A stretch of DNA of 64,000 nt, taken from assembly GCA_951406725.2 (NCBI GenBank), contig OX597833.1:58404001-58468000 (forward strand), read 5' to 3'. Positions 62,504 through 64,000 of this stretch are shown here, in pieces. The notes under the pieces were generated by a model. It was not told the DNA's origin. It worked only from the letters and a program-made list of their open reading frames with translations, and ran no database searches. Source of the stretch: Octopus vulgaris (lineage: Eukaryota). A program made the position numbers and the translations under genes. Each line of letters starts with the position of its first letter. The stretch's first letter is position 1.

Positions 62504-63515
62504 TAAATGAATAAATGATATGTATATGTTGTTGGTGTTTCCTGTTTGCATAGTTTACCATGCTTTTTGTCAAACTGTTTAATCTGAAAACAAACCCTCG
62601 TGTCTTGCCTTACCAGTATTTTAGCTGTGAAGCACCGATCGGAACTGAAATCTCTTTATCTACCTTTCAGATTTCGTCGTTGTTCTTTGTAATCTCTCTT
62701 GTTTCCTAGTTTTGTTTGCTTTTTCAGTATTAACTCTTTTAATGTTGTCCATTTCCAGCATTACCCATAACCCCCCACCCTGCACTATGTTATTATTATT
62801 TTTTTTTTTTTTCGTATTATCTTAACCTTGCACTATGAAATGTTCATGTTTATAACCCCGAGGTGAAACTGATTTTGATGTCTTTTTTTTCTTTTGCCCT
62901 GTGACATATTAATGCTCTGCCGCGTCATCAGTGCAGTAGTCTGAAGCTGGCCCAATGGAAAAAGCAGCATCCAAATTCTTCATTTGTGGCATCACTATGC
63001 AGTAGTGAAACACTAAGCCATACCAATATCATAACATTATTGCAATAATTCTTCACTATAACATAGTGATGTCACAAAGCTTTAATTGCTACATAGTTAC
63101 ATCATAATGCTTATTTATGACATAGCTGCATCATAACACTTCTATATGATGCATCCGTGTCATAATGCTTCACTATGACACAGCGGTTTTATAATGCTTC
63201 ACTTGGACATAGCCGCATTCAAAAATGCTTCCCCTGTGACACTGGATCTTTATTTTTCTATATTGCCTTATTTTCAATGTGTGGTTTTGTGATACAGTGG
63301 AATCTTGGTTTACGAAAACATTTTTTGAACACAAAACATCTTGGGTGACAGACGGTGTCTTGAGTAACAAACACACAAGCTAGCGCCAACGGATGGCTAC
63401 AAGTTTGGAGTATCAGCAGGAGACCATCAGCTGGTGTCAAATTTTATTTAGCTCAGTGCATATCCATGCTTGAATTTACCTTACCTTTTCTTGAATTTCC
63501 TATGGGAAAAATAGT

Positions 63516-63920
63516 GGATCTTTTCGGTTTGAACGGCAGTTTTTTCTAGTGGTGTCATATGAAATTGTCACCCATAATTATGACCCTAGTATCGATCTAT
63601 TGCATTTCAATCTCTTTTAGGGTTAGGGGTGGGGGGAAGGGTATCTTTTTTCTTCACAAATGTAAATAAACCCAATCTGTTTCTTAAACGAGGGACATAT
63701 TCATACGGCACAGAATGTTTTTTACCTCAATTAAACGTCATTGATTGGTTGAAATTGAAGAAAAAAAAACAACAAATATCTTACAAACTATAGAATTTTC
63801 TCAATAAAGCCAAGAGAAAAAGATATTTTTATAAACACATTCTACCAGTATACGAAGTTTAAAATTGTTTAGTTATGTGGAAATTATTTTAAAAAACTGC
63901 CATTCAAACGGAAAAGATCC
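63516..63920 (+). mobile_element. GGATC-TIR MITE with perfect 8-bp TSD
   Basis: AAAATAGT at 63508-63515 and 63921-63928; partial copies at ~23614-23797 and ~54902-54985. Confidence 0.9.
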
Positions 63921-64000
63921 AAAATAGTTTCAATTTACAAATGCTTCAGGTGATGGACAGCATTCAGGATTGAATTAAATTCATAAACTGAGGTTCCACT

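Overview
AT-rich, microsatellite-dense eukaryotic DNA. The repeat families look like Octopus (coleoid cephalopod); this is my recognition and is not verified. Almost all long ORFs in the supplied track are translated microsatellites or SINEs and are not genes. One real protein-coding gene is present: a six-coding-exon SLC16/monocarboxylate-transporter family gene on the + strand, join(39925..40198,41612..41755,43228..44322,46626..46895,47786..47911,53764..53999), 2145 nt, 714 aa, with five GT-AG phase-1 introns. The rest is a nested transposon landscape: three tRNA-head SINE families, RTE, CR1 and Penelope LINE remnants, non-autonomous Helitrons, and hAT, piggyBac, mariner and GGATC-TIR MITEs. 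The most striking unannotated signal is a set of unrelated short elements next to (TA)n that occur as fold-back inverted pairs and carry hammerhead-ribozyme motifs with palindromic stem III. One is motif-complete by eye (57801-57895, minus strand); variants lie at 19467-19755, 19951-20007 and 9945-9990. A decayed Penelope-type GIY-YIG remnant lies nearby, which suggests several families of Penelope-derived ribozyme mini-elements. Other notable signals: SINE concatemers with a fixed junction, a MITE flanked by a ~100 bp duplication, and locally templated inverted duplications. All coordinates were read by eye; repeat boundaries are approximate.
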